NCBI GenBank assembly: GCA_963729875.1
Contig: CAVSPR010000002.1
Span: forward strand, 287,082-351,081
Length of the DNA stretch: 64,000 nt
Reading direction: 5' to 3'
From: an uncultured Acidobacteriota bacterium
GTDB taxonomy: Bacteria; Acidobacteriota; Vicinamibacteria; Fen-336
Shown in pieces: positions 61,590 through 64,000 of the stretch. How positions within the stretch are numbered: position 1 is the first letter of the stretch; each line of letters begins with the position of its first letter. The position numbers and the translations under genes were made by a program. A model generated the notes under the pieces. That model did not search any database and was not told where the DNA came from. It worked only from the letters and a program-made list of their open reading frames with translations.

Positions 61590-62573
61590 TCACCCGAGCG
61601 GCTCGCAGCCCCCCGAGGCCACCGGGCACTCGCCGCCGGGTGCGGGGATGTCCGCGCCGTCCGACCGGAAGCAGACGACCCCCGACGTGTCGCCGCAGAA
61701 CGACCGCTTTCCCGTCTGGCCCACGGAGACCGGCACCGCCACGTAGGCGTAGCCGGCGATGCTCGTCCGTGACGAGACCGCGGGGTCGACCGCCATCGTC
61801 CGGCCCGGCTCGAGGCGGCGCCGGTAACCGTACCTGGGCTGCTGCGAGGCGAGGGCCGGGTCGATGAACGGCAGGACCTCGGCGGGGAGCCCGGGCGCGC
61901 ATCCGGCCGACGGGTGGGCCAGGCACTCCAGGTTGCCCTCGTAGAGGCCCCCGTTCGACTCCCCGTACACGGTCTGCGCGGAGAGGAGGGTGCGGATGTC
62001 GGCGATGGTCATGGTCTCGTTGGCTGCGGCGCTGGCCCTGGGGAAGGGCGGGTCTTCGATCGTCCCGGCCTCGCCCGTCGCAGCCTGGCTCCCCGCGTCG
62101 CGGAGAAGGAGGAACGGCCGGAGGGTCATGTAGGCGATGATCCCCAGCCCGTAGACCCCGACGACGAGCACGGCGGCGCCGGCCGCCAGCATCGGGGTCG
62201 AGCCGGACGGGGCCGCGGCGTCCGTCCGTCCGGGCGCCAGCAGCATGTACAGGATCGCGACGAAGCCCACGCAGGGCAGGAAGCCGAGCAGGACGTACCA
62301 GCTCGATCTCCCGAGGTCGTGCCACCGCCGGATCCCGCCGCCGATGAACGTGATCGCGAAGACGGGCAGGAAGGCGAGCAGGGCGAGTATCCCCAGGAGG
62401 CCGACGGCCATCTGGCCCAGGCCGAGAAGCTCGCTGGCGAGCCCGATTCCGAGGATGGCGAAGAAGAACGCCGCCATCGGGCCCAGGTAGACCAGCGCGA
62501 ACTGCGCGCGCGAGAAACGGCCGCTCGGTTGCAGGCAGAGGACGAGCAGCTTGAACGGGTTGAGCGTGGGCAT
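61590..62573 (-). CDS. DUF805 membrane domain fused to a type IV pilin/pseudopilin-like globular domain
   Basis: ATG 62573 in ORF 61590..62966. N-terminal DUF805 signature (GRFSRAQFALVYL...IRRWHDLGRSSWYVLL). An extra TM helix. Then RPFLLLRDAG...AANETMTIADIRTLLSAQTVYGESNGGLYEG.LECL, resembling the post-helix region of type IV pilins, with paired Cys at the C-terminus. Confidence 0.7.
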   Translation of the reverse strand: MPTLNPFKLLVLCLQPSGRFSRAQFALVYLGPMAAFFFAILGIGLASELLGLGQMAVGLLGILALLAFLPVFAITFIGGGIRRWHDLGRSSWYVLLGFLPCVGFVAILYMLLAPGRTDAAAPSGSTPMLAAGAAVLVVGVYGLGIIAYMTLRPFLLLRDAGSQAATGEAGTIEDPPFPRASAAANETMTIADIRTLLSAQTVYGESNGGLYEGNLECLAHPSAGCAPGLPAEVLPFIDPALASQQPRYGYRRRLEPGRTMAVDPAVSSRTSIAGYAYVAVPVSVGQTGKRSFCGDTSGVVCFRSDGADIPAPGGECPVASGGCEPLG

Positions 62574-62715
62574 GGCCGAGCCTCCGCATCGGGGCTGTAG
62601 CAGGATCCTCGCCAGCCCTTTCCGGACGTTCGAGCCGTGCAAAGAGGCCAAGTGGACCATCGGGCCTCCCGCCCCTCGGGCGGGGGGCGCCGCCCGTGTC
62701 AGGATTCCGGCCCCC

Positions 62716-62735
62716 GAGCACTCCCGTAGAATGCG
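62716..62735 (+). repeat. 20-nt exact repeat copy B (gagcactcccgTAGAATgcg), 61 nt upstream of ATG 62797
   Basis: Identical to 60542..60561; the flanking bases differ on both sides. Confidence 0.9.
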
Positions 62736-62796
62736 TCCGGGTCCCGGGGGAGGGCTGAAGCGGCCGGGATCGGCAGGCAGCCCCGGAGGGCAGAAC

Positions 62797-63361
62797 ATGA
62801 AGACGACGCCGACCGTCGTTTCGCTCGTGCTGGCCGTTCTCGCGGGGCTCGCCTCGGCCGCCGGGAAAGGGGTCCTCGCCCCGGGCGCGAAGGTCGAGAA
62901 GCTCGCCGGGGACTTCGCCTTCACCGAGGGGCCCACCTGCGACGCCGGCGGGAACCTCTTCTTCACCGATCAGCCCAGCGACCGGATCATGAGGTGGAGC
63001 GCCGACGGGAAGCTCTCGGTGTTCCTCCAGCCCGCCGGGCGCTCGAACGGCATGTCCTTCGACGCCTCGGGGCGACTGATCGCCTGCGCGGACGAGAAGA
63101 ACGAGCTGTGGGCGATTGCCCCGGACGGGAAGGCGACGGTCCTCTGGAAGGGCCACCTCGGCAAGGCCCTCAACGGTCCGAACGACGTCTGGGTCCACCC
63201 GAACGGGGGGATCTAACGCCCTCGTGCGGGTGACCGGGGACCTCACCCAGCCCAACAACGTGAGCTTCTGCGGAGAGGACCGGCGGACGCTCTTCATCAC
63301 CGCGAGCAAGGGGCTCTACTCGGTCCGAACGCGGACGAAGGGGGCCGGTCCCGCGAAGTGA
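62797..63361 (+). pseudogene. SMP-30/gluconolactonase/LRE-family gene remnant (internal deletion + frame change)
   Basis: ATG 62797 in ORF 62551..63216 gives a signal peptide plus the first propeller blades (FTEGPTCDAGGNLFFTDQPSDRIMRW, SNGMSFDASGRLIACAD, LNGPNDVWVHPNGGI-stop). ORF 63116..63361, in another frame, gives only the family C-terminus (VTGDLTQPNNVSFCGEDRRTLFITASKGLYSV). About 100-130 central residues are missing between 63213 and 63230. Confidence 0.7.
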
Positions 63362-63391
63362 GCCGCCCGCTGCGGCGGCGGAGGCGCTAGC

Positions 63392-63787
63392 CTACGGCAG
63401 CCAGTCGCAGGCCTCCGGCTTCACGCAGGCCTGCAGCCGCTTGCAGCAGATCTCGCCCTCGCGGCAGCCGCCCACGACGTCGAAGCAGGCGCACTGGACC
63501 GGCTCGCGGCCGCGCTCGGAGACGCACTGGCCCTGGCAGGGCTGGTCGTTGCAGCAGGCGGAGACGTTGCGCACCCCGTCGGCCGGCGGCGCGCAGGTCC
63601 CGCGGCTCTCGGCCAGCTGGAAGCGCGGCTCGGGCGGCGGGGGTATGGGCTGACGCTCCGCGTCGCGGCCGGCCAGGTCGCTGCGCGCCGGCCCCTCCGG
63701 CTGGGGCTCGGCGGCCCGGCGGGCGCAGCCGGCGAGCGCGACGGCCAGGAGGGCCGTCGCGACGAACGCGTGGGATTGACGAGTCAT
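63392..63787 (-). CDS. small Cys-rich lipoprotein (131 aa), function unknown
   Basis: ATG 63787 (SD gagggaggg) in ORF 63392..63802. Lipobox LAVALAGC. Pro-rich linker, then a ~70-aa domain with 12 Cys (CAPP...CCNDQPCQGQCVSERGREPVQCACFDVVGGCREGEICCKRLQACVKPEAC). Confidence 0.65.
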   Translation of the reverse strand: MTRQSHAFVATALLAVALAGCARRAAEPQPEGPARSDLAGRDAERQPIPPPPEPRFQLAESRGTCAPPADGVRNVSACCNDQPCQGQCVSERGREPVQCACFDVVGGCREGEICCKRLQACVKPEACDWLP

Positions 63788-63798
63788 CGCACCCTCCC

Positions 63799-64000
63799 TC
63801 ACTCGGGCGACACGGCCGCGCCCGCATGGACCTCGCGGGCCTCGTACGTGGTCCGCTGGGGGCAGCCCTTGAACGAGTCGGTGAACGCGCGGATGAACCG
63901 GGGAGTGAGCGACGGCGTCACCCCGGCGAACTGCAGGTCGTCGTAGTCGCCCCAGTATCCCCGGTTGTCCGGGCAGACGACCTGGCGCTCGGTGAGCGGG
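63799..64000 (-). CDS. hypothetical protein, C-terminal fragment (gene start lies beyond the window)
   Basis: Own minus-strand translation: ...PLTERQVVCPDNRGYWGDYDDLQFAGVTPSLTPRFIRAFTDSFKGCPQRTTYEAREVHAGAAVSPE, stop TGA at 63801..63799. Open to the window end. Confidence 0.45.
   Translation of the reverse strand, partial: PLTERQVVCPDNRGYWGDYDDLQFAGVTPSLTPRFIRAFTDSFKGCPQRTTYEAREVHAGAAVSPE

Overview
Very GC-rich (by eye about 70%, third codon positions almost saturated) and gene-dense bacterial chromosomal segment. I support about 55 protein-coding genes. I recognised no rRNA, tRNA, CRISPR array, transposase or integrase. All functional calls rest on reading motifs in the supplied translations plus my own re-translation at gene junctions; no database search was possible.

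Gene content, left to right:
- M23 peptidase.
- A 13-kb chemosensory cluster: cheY, cheA, an ExeA-like AAA ATPase, cheW, an MCP, a 787-aa HEAT-repeat protein, cheR, cheB, a PATAN-REC response regulator and a coiled-coil GAF protein.
- A vapBC toxin-antitoxin pair.
- A ChlI/MoxR-like AAA ATPase with a CoxE-type vWA protein.
- A small ArsC/Spx-fold gene interrupted by an in-frame TGA (candidate selenoprotein).
- A carbohydrate block: URO-D-family protein, GH3, CBM9-like protein, Na+/solute symporter, PilZ protein, TonB-dependent receptor.
- A Ser/Thr kinase with TPR repeats, then an ECF sigma factor, an anti-sigma-like protein and an ABC exporter.
- A five-gene redox cluster: predicted di-haem cytochrome b, a 20-haem and a 22-haem c-type cytochrome, an outer-membrane beta-barrel, and a membrane-anchored FeS/FAD oxidoreductase.
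- msrB, a corrinoid protein with a URO-D-family methyltransferase, a DAACS transporter coupled to a [2Fe-2S]-ferredoxin::O-methyltransferase fusion, a POT transporter and a Tat-exported TIM-barrel isomerase.
- A hoxEFUYH-type NAD(P)-linked [NiFe] hydrogenase operon whose HoxF is fused to a GltD-like module.
- GT39/83 glycosyltransferase, a second CBM9-like protein, rnk with an MpgP-like HAD protein, an NhaR-like LysR regulator, an NADP-dependent oxidoreductase, a DUF805::pilin-like fusion, a decayed gluconolactonase and a Cys-rich lipoprotein.

The taxon is not determinable here. The gene content has an Acidobacteriota or Myxococcota flavour.

Most interesting observations:
- The multihaem-cytochrome / beta-barrel cluster, a possible new porin-cytochrome-type electron conduit.
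- The UxxC ArsC-like selenoprotein candidate with a SECIS-like hairpin.
- The HoxF-GltD fusion.
- The atypical chemosensory cluster.

Caveat: at least five otherwise intact genes are broken by single-nucleotide indels. Three of these map onto C/G homopolymer runs, which looks like sequencing or assembly error. Many long ORFs in the track are antisense or off-frame artefacts of the GC content.
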